Source: Chloroflexota bacterium (GTDB lineage Bacteria > Chloroflexota > Dehalococcoidia > Lucifugimonadales > JACPCL1). Taken from it: a stretch of DNA of 37,671 bases. This document shows positions 9,120-18,531 of this stretch, piece after piece (positions within the stretch are counted from its first letter, which is position 1; every line of letters starts with the position of its first letter). Below the pieces are notes generated by a model, which was not told the DNA's origin, ran no database searches, and saw only the letters and a program-made list of their open reading frames with translations. A program made the translations under genes and the position numbers. The stretch is taken from contig JACQOP010000039.1 in assembly GCA_016202485.1 (NCBI GenBank), forward strand, positions 1 through 37,671, given 5' to 3'.

Positions 9120-10133
9120 CTACATCGCCTCTTCTATAAAGCGATTGGTGAAGGCCGCTTTGCCGTCCACGGCCCGATCCACCAGGCCGTGCTCCAGCAT
9201 CCACTCGGCGAAGGCTACCCATTTCCCTTCCGTCTGCCAGCCGAAGGGGCTGTTCCCTTCAATCCACAAGGGGGCCAGCAGTTCCACACCGGGCCGCTCA
9301 ATGGCCTCGTCAATCTCTGGGGCCGCCTGTTTCAGCAAATCAATGGCCTTCTGGGGGTCCGCCACCGCCTCCTGATAGCCCTTCATGACGGCGCGGACAA
9401 ACCGCTGGACCAAATCGGATTGCTGCTCAGTCTTTGCCCTGCTGGTGACTACCACAATCTCGTAAAAGTCAGGGATACCCCAGTCCTCAAAGCGCAGGAC
9501 ATTCACCGGGAAGCCCTGGTTTTGAGCGGAGATAGACTCGTGTACCCAGTATGCCCCCGCAATGGCGTCTACCTGGCCGCTGATGAGGGCGGGCACCAGG
9601 TCAAAGCCTACGTTTACAAGGGTCACATCACTGAGGGACAGGCCCTCCTGCTTGAGCATAGTGTCCAGGAACGCCTCGTCTGTCGGCACCCCTGGAACGC
9701 CAATCTTCTTACCTTTCAGGTGGCTTGGCCGCTCTATGCCCGAGGACTCCAGGGCCATCACGGAGTTCAACGGGTGTTGCACCAGGGCAGCCACGGACAC
9801 CACGGGCACCCCTTGGGCCGCGGCAAACAGCACCTCGTTCTGGTAGCTTAGCCCAAAATCGTCCTGTCCTGCCCCCACCGTGGCAAGCACCGTGGAGGGG
9901 TCGTCAGGGGTGTAAATGGTGACGTCCAGCCCTTCCGCAGCAAAGTACCCCTTCTCTTTGGCAATGAAAAGGCCGCTGTGGTTGGACCAGGGGAACCAGT
10001 CCAGAGCGATGCGCACCTTTACCGTAGTGGCTGCCGTGGTGGAAGTTGGCGTAGCCGTGGTTTGAGCGCCGCCGCAGGCGGCTGCCAGCAGCGCCAGCAC
10101 TAGGGGAAATACCATGAACACCCTGGGGTTCAT
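9120..10133 (-). CDS. thiY: ThiY/NMT1-THI5-like ABC substrate-binding lipoprotein (HMP/FAMP)
   Basis: Lipobox LAAAC; ALDWFPWSNH, LKGKKIG and LISGQVDA motifs. AAGGAGG precedes ATG 10133; an alternative ATG at 10184 overlaps the permease stop. Confidence 0.88.
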   Translation of the reverse strand: MNPRVFMVFPLVLALLAAACGGAQTTATPTSTTAATTVKVRIALDWFPWSNHSGLFIAKEKGYFAAEGLDVTIYTPDDPSTVLATVGAGQDDFGLSYQNEVLFAAAQGVPVVSVAALVQHPLNSVMALESSGIERPSHLKGKKIGVPGVPTDEAFLDTMLKQEGLSLSDVTLVNVGFDLVPALISGQVDAIAGAYWVHESISAQNQGFPVNVLRFEDWGIPDFYEIVVVTSRAKTEQQSDLVQRFVRAVMKGYQEAVADPQKAIDLLKQAAPEIDEAIERPGVELLAPLWIEGNSPFGWQTEGKWVAFAEWMLEHGLVDRAVDGKAAFTNRFIEEAM

Positions 10134-10180
10134 ACAAGCCTCCTTACGTTTCTTCCTCAATAGGTTGTTCCACTGCAACT

Positions 10181-11047
10181 TCATAGTCCTGCCTCCTCCT
10201 CTCTGGACTGGCGCGCCCGGTAGTGCCAGGGCAGGGCTACGCGCTCTAGCAATACCACTGTGAGGAACAGCAGGATGCCCATGAGGGCCAGCAGAAACAC
10301 CGCCCCAAAGGAGCGCACCGTCAGGAACAGGGGTACCGACACCCGCGTCAGGTAGCCCAGGCCGGCGCTGGAGCCCACCCACTCCCCTACCACCGCACCG
10401 ATGACGCTGAAAGTCACTGCGACCTTTGTCCCAGAGAAGAGGAAGGGCATGGCGCTGGGGACCTGGACCTTGCGGAAAATCTGCCAGCGACTTGCCCCCA
10501 GGGTGCGCATCATGTTCACCATATCCAAGTCTACGGAGCGCAGCCCGTCCATGACATTGACCACGATGGGAAAAAAGGTAATGAGGACCACCACGACAAC
10601 CTTTGGGGCCAGCCCGTAGCCAATCCATACCAAAAGGAGGGGCGAGATCACGATGACTGGGATGGTCTGGGAGGCGATCACCAGAGGATAGACCGTGCGT
10701 TGGAAGCCCCGGAAGAAGGCCATGAGCGTAGCAAGAAATACCCCCAACAGAAAAGCCACCCCAAAGCCGATCAGGGCCTCTCCCAGGGTAACCCAGGCAT
10801 GACGCAGGAACAGAGCACGGCTGGCCACCAGTTCCTTGGCCACAGCATAGGGGGCAGGCAGCTTCCACGCAGGTATCTCAAAGAGGAGGACCGCTCCCTG
10901 CCAGAGGCCGAGGAGGAGGGCCAGGGCTGCCACCGGCCTGGCCCACGCCAGCACAAGGCGCTGCACCCTCGTCGCGTCAGAACGGTCTTTGCGGGCGGCT
11001 CGGCCTTTCTCCATAGGTGGCGTCACGGCTTCCGGCGCTACCTCCAT
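10181..11047 (-). CDS. thiX: ABC transporter permease (ThiX/SsuC type)
   Basis: SQTIPVIVISPLL, FFPIVVN, LGASRWQIF and GAVVGEW..SSAGLG motifs. Confidence 0.9.
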   Translation of the reverse strand: MEVAPEAVTPPMEKGRAARKDRSDATRVQRLVLAWARPVAALALLLGLWQGAVLLFEIPAWKLPAPYAVAKELVASRALFLRHAWVTLGEALIGFGVAFLLGVFLATLMAFFRGFQRTVYPLVIASQTIPVIVISPLLLVWIGYGLAPKVVVVVLITFFPIVVNVMDGLRSVDLDMVNMMRTLGASRWQIFRKVQVPSAMPFLFSGTKVAVTFSVIGAVVGEWVGSSAGLGYLTRVSVPLFLTVRSFGAVFLLALMGILLFLTVVLLERVALPWHYRARQSREEEAGL

Positions 11048-11853
11048 GGCTCCTCCTGAACCCCGGTGCTCTCCTTCCCCAGGGCTGCAAGGAGCTGGGC
11101 CTTGTAGGTGATGAAGGGTTCCTGCGTCACCACCAGATGGGTACGGGGGCGTGGTAAGTCCACAGCCAGCATCAGCCTCACCCGCCCAGGTCGGGCGCTG
11201 AACAGGTATACCCTATCCGAGAGGAACAGGGCCTCCTCCACGTCGTGGGTTACCAGCACAATCGTCTTGCGGAAAGCTGACCACAGCTCCAGAAGCCACT
11301 CCTGCATCTGGGCCCGGGTCAGCGCATCCAGGGCGCCGAAGGGTTCGTCCAAAAGCAGCACATCCTTTCCGGTGAGCACAGCCCGCAGGAATGCAGCACG
11401 CTGCCGCATACCGCCGGAAAGGGCGTAGGGGTACTCTCGCTCAAACCCCTTCAGGCCAAAACGCTCCATCAACTCCAGTGCCCGGGAACGGGCTTTGACC
11501 TTGGCTATCCCCTGCACCTCCAGGCCCAGCAGCGTGTTATCCAGGACGGTGCGCCAGGGCAGGAGCAGGTCCTTCTGGTGCATATAGCCTACCTGGCCCA
11601 GGGGCCTGCGGGCCTCCACACCGTTGAGCCAGAGAGTACCCCCACTCGGCTCTTCCAGACCCGCAATGATGTTGAGCAGTGTACTTTTACCACAGCCGCT
11701 GGGGCCAATGACGCTGACAACCTCCCCTTCCTGGGCATAGAAGTCCACGCTCTCCAGCACGGGAAGGGTGCGTCCCTTGTAGACAAACTCCTTGCTGATA
11801 CCATGCAAGGCTATCTTGGCCGAGGCTATTCTATCGTCCGTTGCGGTAGTCAT
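11038..11853 (-). CDS. thiZ: ABC transporter ATP-binding protein (ThiZ/SsuB type)
   Basis: GPSGCGKST, LSGGMRQR, LLLDEPFGALD and VTHD motifs. Confidence 0.92.
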   Translation of the reverse strand: MTTATDDRIASAKIALHGISKEFVYKGRTLPVLESVDFYAQEGEVVSVIGPSGCGKSTLLNIIAGLEEPSGGTLWLNGVEARRPLGQVGYMHQKDLLLPWRTVLDNTLLGLEVQGIAKVKARSRALELMERFGLKGFEREYPYALSGGMRQRAAFLRAVLTGKDVLLLDEPFGALDALTRAQMQEWLLELWSAFRKTIVLVTHDVEEALFLSDRVYLFSARPGRVRLMLAVDLPRPRTHLVVTQEPFITYKAQLLAALGKESTGVQEEPWR

Positions 11854-11861
11854 AGGACAGG

Positions 11862-11900
11862 ACAACAAATTGGGCCGCCAAGCGGGGACTGGCGGCCCAA
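11862..11900 (-). terminator. Intrinsic terminator of the TPP riboswitch expression platform
   Basis: Minus strand: TTGGGCCGCCA-9 nt loop-TGGCGGCCCAA followed by TTTGTTGT, between the aptamer and the thiZ start. Confidence 0.7.
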
Positions 11901-11920
11901 AAATATCATCGCCAAGACCA

Positions 11921-12020
11921 TATCCCTACGCTGGCATTACCCAGATCAGGTTCTAAGAAGGGTCGCCCCGATAGGTCGGGGCCTCTCAGCCTGGCTCTTA
12001 CCAAGCTCCCCTCCGGTCAC
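11921..12020 (-). ncRNA. TPP riboswitch
   Basis: Minus strand: GGGGAGC...GGCTGAGAGG...GACCC...GAACCTGATCTGGGTAATGCCAGCGTAGGGA, the THI-box consensus, upstream of thiZXY-tenA. Confidence 0.97.
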
Positions 12021-12110
12021 ATATTCAACTCTAAGAGCGTATTCTAGAGACACAGGAGGCAGACGTCAATGGCTCCCTTGCCACTCCCCTTGCTTCCTCA
12101 TGACGGAGCG

Positions 12111-13820
12111 CTACTTGCCATCCAAGTTGTAGGCATTGGCCATGTACTGGCGCACCATCCGGTGGGTATTGAAGAAAGAGCCGTTGAGGGCAATGGCCGA
12201 ACGCATCACCCCGGCGTAGCCCATAGGACGGGTGTAGTACAGGGGCAAGACCACGTACTCCAGCTTGTCATACAGTGAACGGGCCTCGGCCTCGGCTGGA
12301 GCAGGAATGCTGCTCTCATCGCCTATGGCCCAACCCGTGACGCCTTCCACCCAGCCTTCCACCCACCAGCCATCCAGAATGCTGAGGCTGGGGACGCCAT
12401 TCAGGGCGGCTTTCATCCCACTGGTGCCAGAGGCCTCCAGCGGTCTCTGGGGGTTATTCAGCCACAGGTCCACCCCGCTGGTCAGGAACTGGCCCAGGCC
12501 TACATCGTACTCCTCCAGGAAAACTACCTTCACAGCGTCCCCAAGGCTGCGGGAGGCGTCTATGATGCGCTTGATCATGGCCTTCCCACCTTCATCCCTG
12601 GGATGGGCCTTGCCGCCGTATACCAGTTGCACCGGCCCCACGCGGTCAACGATGCGTCGCAGCCGGTCCTCATCGCTGAAGAAGAGATCATGACGTTTGT
12701 AAGGCGTGGCCCGCCGGGCAAAGCCAATAGTAAAGGCGTTGGGGTCCAGCCGCACCTCGGTGCGGCGCTCCACTTCAGCCAAGAGCGCCTTCTTGGTCTT
12801 CCCATGGGTACTCCATATCTCGTCCAGGGAAATACCCGCCGCGTAGCGTAGGTAGTGGTTATCGTATCTCCACTCTGGGATGTGACGGTCGTACAACTCC
12901 TGGTAGGGGCGAGAGGTCCAGGTGGAGGCGTGGACCCCGTTGGTAATAGCGCTGACGGTAGAGCCAGGGTACATGGCCTGGGCCGTCTCCCGGTGGCGCA
13001 TGGCCACGCCGTTCACAAAGCGAGAGAAGAACAGGGCCAGGTAGGTCATATCCAGGGAGTTCTGGGACAAGGCGTCTACGCGGGCCAGGGGTTCCACCGC
13101 CTCCGGGCCCAGGACCTCGGTCACCAGGCCCAGGGGAAATCGGTCATGGCCGGCTGCCACAGGGGTGTGGGTAGTAAAGACACACCGCTTCCGTACCGCC
13201 CCTATCTCCGCTTCACTGATGTCTGCCAGTCCCTGCCCTTCCAATTCTTCCCCCAGCAAGGCCAGGGTGAGCAAGGCAGAGTGCCCCTCATTCATATGAT
13301 AGGTCTGGATGTTATGGTATCCCAGGGCACGGAGGATGGCCACGCCCCCCATTCCCAGAACCACTTCCTGGCATAGACGGTACCGGCTGTCTCCTCCATA
13401 CAGGTAGTCGGTCAACCCCTGGTCCCAGGTCGTGTTCTCAGCAAGAGCAGTATCCAGGTAATAGACCTCCACCTCCTTACCAGTGACGCCCCGGACGGTC
13501 CGATGCCAGGGGCGTATCAACACATGGCGGCCTTCAATGGCAACGGAGACGCGTGGGGGCAGCGGCTCCAAGAATTCCTCCGGCGACCAGATTGCCGGGC
13601 TATCCGACTGGTGGCCGTCGGCGTCTATATGCTGTCGGAAATACCCTTTGCGGTGGAGGAGTGTGACGGCTGCCATAGGGACGCCCATGTCGGCGGCAGC
13701 CCTCAACGTATCGCCGGCAAGGATACCCAGGCCTCCACTATAGGTGGGCATGGCCGGGAGCAGGCCAATCTCCATGGAGAAATAGGCAATGGTAGTATTG
13801 TTAAGAGCAGGTTGGGTCAC
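12111..13820 (-). CDS. glgP: Alpha-glucan (glycogen/maltodextrin) phosphorylase
   Basis: AYFSMEIG, YSGGLGILAGD, HMNEGH, FTTHTP, GFARRATPYKR and EASGTSGMKA (PLP lysine). Confidence 0.96.
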   Translation of the reverse strand: MTQPALNNTTIAYFSMEIGLLPAMPTYSGGLGILAGDTLRAAADMGVPMAAVTLLHRKGYFRQHIDADGHQSDSPAIWSPEEFLEPLPPRVSVAIEGRHVLIRPWHRTVRGVTGKEVEVYYLDTALAENTTWDQGLTDYLYGGDSRYRLCQEVVLGMGGVAILRALGYHNIQTYHMNEGHSALLTLALLGEELEGQGLADISEAEIGAVRKRCVFTTHTPVAAGHDRFPLGLVTEVLGPEAVEPLARVDALSQNSLDMTYLALFFSRFVNGVAMRHRETAQAMYPGSTVSAITNGVHASTWTSRPYQELYDRHIPEWRYDNHYLRYAAGISLDEIWSTHGKTKKALLAEVERRTEVRLDPNAFTIGFARRATPYKRHDLFFSDEDRLRRIVDRVGPVQLVYGGKAHPRDEGGKAMIKRIIDASRSLGDAVKVVFLEEYDVGLGQFLTSGVDLWLNNPQRPLEASGTSGMKAALNGVPSLSILDGWWVEGWVEGVTGWAIGDESSIPAPAEAEARSLYDKLEYVVLPLYYTRPMGYAGVMRSAIALNGSFFNTHRMVRQYMANAYNLDGK

Positions 13821-13937
13821 AGATCACCAGAGACGCAGCAATTGAAGCAAGTCCTTTCCCAGCACATGGGACATTCATAAGCCCCTTTCAAGACTGCCCA
13901 TTATAATAGCATAGGGAATACTGCAAGGCCTTTGTCT

Positions 13938-15239
13938 ATGAGCGAATCTCGCCGTCCTACCGTTTATATCCAGACCCACGGCTGCAAACTAAACCAGGCG
14001 GACACCCAGGCCCTGGCAAGCCAGTTCCTGGAGGCAGGGTACACCCTCGCCAGCAAGCCAGAGGGGGCCGACGTCTCGGTGGTGAATACCTGCACCGTCA
14101 CCCACGTGGCCGATTCCAAGGCGCGCCAGGCGTTGCGGGCCGCCCGCCGGGCCAGTCCCGGCGCCCTGGTCGTAGCCACGGGCTGCTATGCCCAGCGCGC
14201 GCCTGACCAGCTTGCCCGCCTGCAAGCAGTAGACCTGGTGGTAGGCAATGCGGGGAAGGAAGAGCTTGTAGCTCAGGTGGGCAGGGCCCTAGGTGTTGAG
14301 GCTCCTGCTGCTGCCGTCATAGAAACTGGAACGGAAAAAGCGGCAGGCTTGCGTACGCGAACCATGGTAAAGATCCAGGAAGGATGCAACCAGGTATGCG
14401 CCTACTGCATTGTGCCAAAGGTCCGTGGAAGGGAGCGCAGCATCCCCCCCGACCTGCTGGTGGAGCAAGTACAGCGCCGAGTATCCGAGGGATACCGTGA
14501 AGTGGTGCTCACTGGCTCCCAGTTAGGTACCTACGGTTTTGAGCTAAATAAGGCATCGCTGGGGCAGCTCATCACCTGCATCCTCCTAGAGACGGAAGTG
14601 GTACGCCTGCGGGTCTCCTCCCTGCAGGCCCATGAAGTCACCCCCGATCTGCTAGAGCTGTGGACTGACCCAAGGCTATGCCCCCATTTCCACCTGCCGT
14701 TGCAGAGCGGCTCGGCAGCAGTGCTGGCGCGGATGCGCCGCCGCTACACGCCACCCCAGTATGAAGCGGCAGTTGCCCTGGTCCGGAACAAGGCGCCTGC
14801 CGCCGCAGTGACGACGGACGTGATTGTGGGTTTCCCAGGGGAAACAGAAGAGCAGTTTGAGGAGACGTACCAGATCTGCCGACGGCTAGCCTTTGCAGGG
14901 CTGCATGTGTTCCCCTATTCCCCCCGCCCGGGGACCAGCGCCGCCCACTTCCCACAACAGGTGCCGGATGAGGAAAAGGGTGAACAGATGAGCCGGCTGC
15001 TGGCCCTGGGGAAGGAACTTGCAGCCCGCTTCCGGGATGGGGTGCTGGGGACCATTCGGCCCGTGCTATGGGAGAGCAGCCGCCACGCAGGGGAAACCCC
15101 AATGTGGTCCGGCCTCACAGACAACTATGTCAGGGTCGCCGCTTTCTCCCACCGAAGGCTGCACAACCAACTCACACCCTTCCGCTTGGAACGCCGGGTG
15201 GGGGAAATGGTCTGGGGTAAGGTGATACAGGAAGCCTAG
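13938..15239 (+). CDS. mtaB: tRNA t6A37 methylthiotransferase MtaB (radical SAM)
   Basis: THGCKLNQAD, NTCTVT, KIQEGCNQVCAYC (CxxxCxxC), HVFPYSPRPGT and GLTDNY motifs. Confidence 0.92.
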   Translation: MSESRRPTVYIQTHGCKLNQADTQALASQFLEAGYTLASKPEGADVSVVNTCTVTHVADSKARQALRAARRASPGALVVATGCYAQRAPDQLARLQAVDLVVGNAGKEELVAQVGRALGVEAPAAAVIETGTEKAAGLRTRTMVKIQEGCNQVCAYCIVPKVRGRERSIPPDLLVEQVQRRVSEGYREVVLTGSQLGTYGFELNKASLGQLITCILLETEVVRLRVSSLQAHEVTPDLLELWTDPRLCPHFHLPLQSGSAAVLARMRRRYTPPQYEAAVALVRNKAPAAAVTTDVIVGFPGETEEQFEETYQICRRLAFAGLHVFPYSPRPGTSAAHFPQQVPDEEKGEQMSRLLALGKELAARFRDGVLGTIRPVLWESSRHAGETPMWSGLTDNYVRVAAFSHRRLHNQLTPFRLERRVGEMVWGKVIQEA

Positions 15240-15550
15240 ACCTTCGGCAGGTTCTGCGGCGTACCTTCAATAAGCAGCACACGTTCAATATGTTCGCCCT
15301 GGATGAGGTTATTGAGGGTGGCGCGCAAGGCCTGGACATGAGTGTTTTGGGCGGCGTGATCAGCGTCCTCTTGGGAGCGCCAAACCGCAATACGCCCCAA
15401 TTCCCCTGGGACCGACTCTGGTTTGTACTGAAAGCCCAGGATGTAGCCGGGCAACCGGGCGTAGGTGGCTTCTAGGTCGTCCAAGGCCTTCTCAACTCGC
15501 TGGGTCATGCCGGCTTGGGGATGCACAATAGTCTGCCGCGCAATGGGCAT
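15236..15550 (-). CDS. ABM-like dimeric alpha/beta barrel protein
   Basis: About 104 aa with the LPGY..G...RIAVWRSQEDADHA ABM pattern. Confidence 0.7.
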   Translation of the reverse strand: MPIARQTIVHPQAGMTQRVEKALDDLEATYARLPGYILGFQYKPESVPGELGRIAVWRSQEDADHAAQNTHVQALRATLNNLIQGEHIERVLLIEGTPQNLPKV

Positions 15551-15571
15551 GGTCTTTCCCCTTTTCAAATG

Positions 15572-16408
15572 CTAGAAATCCACCGGCTTAAATTTGATGG
15601 TACCCCTGCGTTTCTCAAGATACCCAGCCCTGGTATCTAAGCCGTGGCAAAAGACCATAAGCCACCCACACTGTTCTGCCTCGGCAACCAGTTCCTTTTT
15701 GATACTAAGGGAGTCCTCAGGATAGGTATCAGTGGCAGGAATACACGAGGCTTCTAAGTGATGCACGGTGGGGACCAGGTCCCCTAAATAGGCCACACGC
15801 TCGCCGCCATGATTGACAATAACAATCTGGTGGCCATGGCAGTGGCCGCCGGTGAGGCGTACACGAACACCGAGTCCCACTTCAGCATCGCCGTCCAGGA
15901 GCGTAAGCTGCCCACGGCTCTGTAAGGGCGCGAAATCCTCCTGGTGGTAGTGATTGCAGGCGCGCTCATTAGGATTAACGGCATCCTCCCAGGCCCGGCG
16001 CTGGACAAAATAGGTGGCGTTGGGAAACGTGGGAACAGCCTCGCCGGAACGGTCCAGACGCGTGCAACCCCCGGAGTGCTCCTGGTGGAGGTGCGTAAGG
16101 ACCACTGCCGTAATATCCCGTGTCGTTAAGCCCATACCCCGTAAGCTCTTCAGCAAGTTACTGCGGGTCAGGCCGTAATGCTCTTTTGTCGCGTCAGGAT
16201 CTTTCCCACCCAGACCCGTGTCCACCAAAACGCAGCTATCGCCGTTACGGATGATAAGGCAATTGAGACCTAGACTGATACGATTGCGCCGGTCTGGGGG
16301 AGACAGTTGCTCCCACGTGGCTCTGGGAAGCTGTCCAAAGATGGTGCCGCCGTCGGCCTTAATGGTGCCATCGCTAATGAGGGTGAGGGAGGAGGAAACT
16401 GGTTTCAT
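15572..16408 (-). CDS. MBL-fold metallohydrolase (YtnP-like)
   Basis: DGGTIFGQLP..W, LVDTGLG, THLHQEHSGG, TGGH..GHQ and LGDL motifs. Confidence 0.9.
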   Translation of the reverse strand: MKPVSSSLTLISDGTIKADGGTIFGQLPRATWEQLSPPDRRNRISLGLNCLIIRNGDSCVLVDTGLGGKDPDATKEHYGLTRSNLLKSLRGMGLTTRDITAVVLTHLHQEHSGGCTRLDRSGEAVPTFPNATYFVQRRAWEDAVNPNERACNHYHQEDFAPLQSRGQLTLLDGDAEVGLGVRVRLTGGHCHGHQIVIVNHGGERVAYLGDLVPTVHHLEASCIPATDTYPEDSLSIKKELVAEAEQCGWLMVFCHGLDTRAGYLEKRRGTIKFKPVDF

Positions 16409-16866
16409 GCTGCTGTACCCTTCGTCTACATTGGAACAGGGCGTAAAGAAGGTATGACATAACGACCGCACAAACGCGGTAGCGGACCTGGGACACAAGC
16501 CAGCATGCGCCAAAACGGGACGAGACTACCCCGCTGCGCAGGGACGTAACCAACCGGTGGTTTGGCATTTGGCAGCTTGACATTTCGGCTGATCCCCTGG
16601 GGTTTCTGGGGGCGTCGTGGCCTGTCATTGGAACTGCCGGAGTATTTGCGACGGGTTTCACAATAGCATGAGGCTTTGGGAGCATGTCAAGTAACAGATG
16701 TGCTATTCCCGTGTAACAAATACATTTCAATAAGGTATAGTAACAGTATATATGAGCGAAAAGCAAGGCCCCCCCAATATTTTGTGTTTTAATGAGGAGA
16801 CCGTACAATGGCATGTGGAACAGGCTAGTCCGTCAGGATTATGCCTGTAAGATGAAGGAGGGCAGC

Positions 16867-17697
16867 ATGACTATAGCCACACCAACAGACCGTAATTTCA
16901 CTGCAGGAGACCTGCGACTGCACTTCCTGGACTGGGGCAACAACGGAGCGATACCCTTGGTCCTGCTGCACCACGTCAGCAGCAATGCCCACACCTGGGA
17001 CTTCTTTGCCCGCCAGATTTCCGACCGGTACCGCATCCTGGCCCTGGACCTGCGCGGCCACGGAGACAGCGCCTGGGCCGGCGAAGGGAACTACACCACT
17101 GAACACTATGCCTCCGATGTAGCCGCCCTGGTAGAACACCTGAAGCTCCCTCAGGTGATCGTACTTGGCGGATCCCTGGGCGGCCGCGTTGCCTTGGTTT
17201 ATGCAGCGCAGCACCTCGAAAATACGGCAGCATTGATTATGGAGGATGTAGGCGCGGTACGACCGCCCTCCCTCTCTCAGGGCTTTGCAGATCGGGTGGC
17301 CGTCGGAGACCCACAGTTTGCGACCGTGGAAGAATGGGCAAGACAGATGCAAGGCGCCAACCAGCGGACCCCTCCTCACGTCTTCCAGCACCTGGCCTTA
17401 CACAGTACCAAACGCCTGCCCAATGGACTGCTCGGGCTGAAGCGCGACACGGCCATCCAGAGAGACTTCGTACCCCTGGAACTGTGGCATTACGTAGAAC
17501 AGGTTACCTCACCTTTCTTGCTGATGCTCGGCTCTGAAAGCGCCATCGTGGGGGAAGACCAGCAAGCCCGCTTCCAGCAGCTCCAGCCGGCGATGGAGAC
17601 CGTTACGGTGCAAGGAGCGGGACATCACATCGTGCACGACAAACCCGAGGAGTTTGAGGCAATCGTGCTCAGCTTCCTAAAGTGCCACGGGTTGTAA
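16867..17697 (+). CDS. Alpha/beta-fold hydrolase
   Basis: DLRGHGDS, nucleophile elbow GGSLGG, GAGHHIVHD; AAGGAGG RBS before ATG 16867. Confidence 0.93.
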   Translation: MTIATPTDRNFTAGDLRLHFLDWGNNGAIPLVLLHHVSSNAHTWDFFARQISDRYRILALDLRGHGDSAWAGEGNYTTEHYASDVAALVEHLKLPQVIVLGGSLGGRVALVYAAQHLENTAALIMEDVGAVRPPSLSQGFADRVAVGDPQFATVEEWARQMQGANQRTPPHVFQHLALHSTKRLPNGLLGLKRDTAIQRDFVPLELWHYVEQVTSPFLLMLGSESAIVGEDQQARFQQLQPAMETVTVQGAGHHIVHDKPEEFEAIVLSFLKCHGL

Positions 17698-17718
17698 TAG
17701 GTCTGTGAGAGACCAGGC

Positions 17719-18396
17719 CTAGGAAGCAAGCTTCTGCAAGACCTGATTCCAGAAGTCAGCGCTCTTGACTCCGTAGCCTTCTCTGAAGGTGATGACTCCA
17801 GACTCGTCCACGCCAATCTTTGTGGACTGAGTGGTGATGCTGTAAGCAGGCAGCATCCCAGATGGGGCCTCTGCCACAGGCCAGGGGTAACCCTGGGCTT
17901 GCTTGTAGGCAACGAGGTCTGACAGCTTTTCTGTGGGGTCAATGCCGATGGCAATGAAGTCCACCTTGTCCTGGTACCCGGGATAAATGTCTTTTAGCGA
18001 CCGTAACTCGGCGCGGCAGACCGGTCACCACGTGGTGAAGAAGTAGAGGACAACAGGCCTCCCATCCTCTCGTAGGGATGCGAGGCTGGCGCTCTGCCCG
18101 CTGTCCAGCGTCAGGATGAAGTCCGGCGCCCTTTCGCCCACCTTGGAGCCGGTGGGGGGCAAAGGAGAAGGGGTTGGCGCCGCCTCTGCCTCAGAAGGGG
18201 TGGGCTGTGCAGCGTCTTCTCCTGCTGGCGCTGCTGGGGATGGAGTCTCTGCCTGGCCAGCCGCCAGGGAAGGGGTGGAATCGCTGGGGGTACTGGCCGG
18301 CGCGCCGCAGGCCACAGTCGCCAGCACCCCCACCGTCAGCAGGAGGGCACGGGCGTGGCTGGACATAATAGAAAACAGTCGCCTGCGTATGCTCAT
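17719..18396 (-). CDS. Selenocysteine-containing TlpA/AhpC-TSA redoxin lipoprotein (UxxC; in-frame TGA at 18025-18027)
   Basis: Lipobox TVAC; VGERAPDF...PVVLYFFTTW-[TGA]-PVCRAELRSLKDIYPGYQDKVDFIAIGID. The frame continues without a shift into ORF 17719-17964. Confidence 0.88.
17989..18021 (-). promoter_or_regulatory. Putative bacterial SECIS element
   Basis: 3' of the UGA: GUCU-gcc-GCGCCG-aguua-CGGuCGC-uaaa-AGAC, a hairpin with a bulged U and GU in the apical loop. Confidence 0.65.
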
Positions 18397-18531
18397 ATCC
18401 CTTTTACGTTGGGCCGACAGGGGTAGTTCCATTCCTCTGGTCGCGCTCAAGGGGGACCTGGGACCCAACCTCTTTCATTGCCTAACACCACACCTGAAGC
18501 TCTACCCTCCGCTTCCCAAGAAAGCTGCTGG

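Noticed and set aside
10185-10868. N-terminal extension of the 582-aa ORF 9120..10868
   Set aside because: It overlaps the permease in another frame. The real lipoprotein starts at 10133 or 10184.
17719-18468. Two separate small genes or a nonsense pseudogene
   Set aside because: The TGA falls exactly at the catalytic Cys, the frame is intact and a SECIS-like hairpin follows, so Sec readthrough is more parsimonious.
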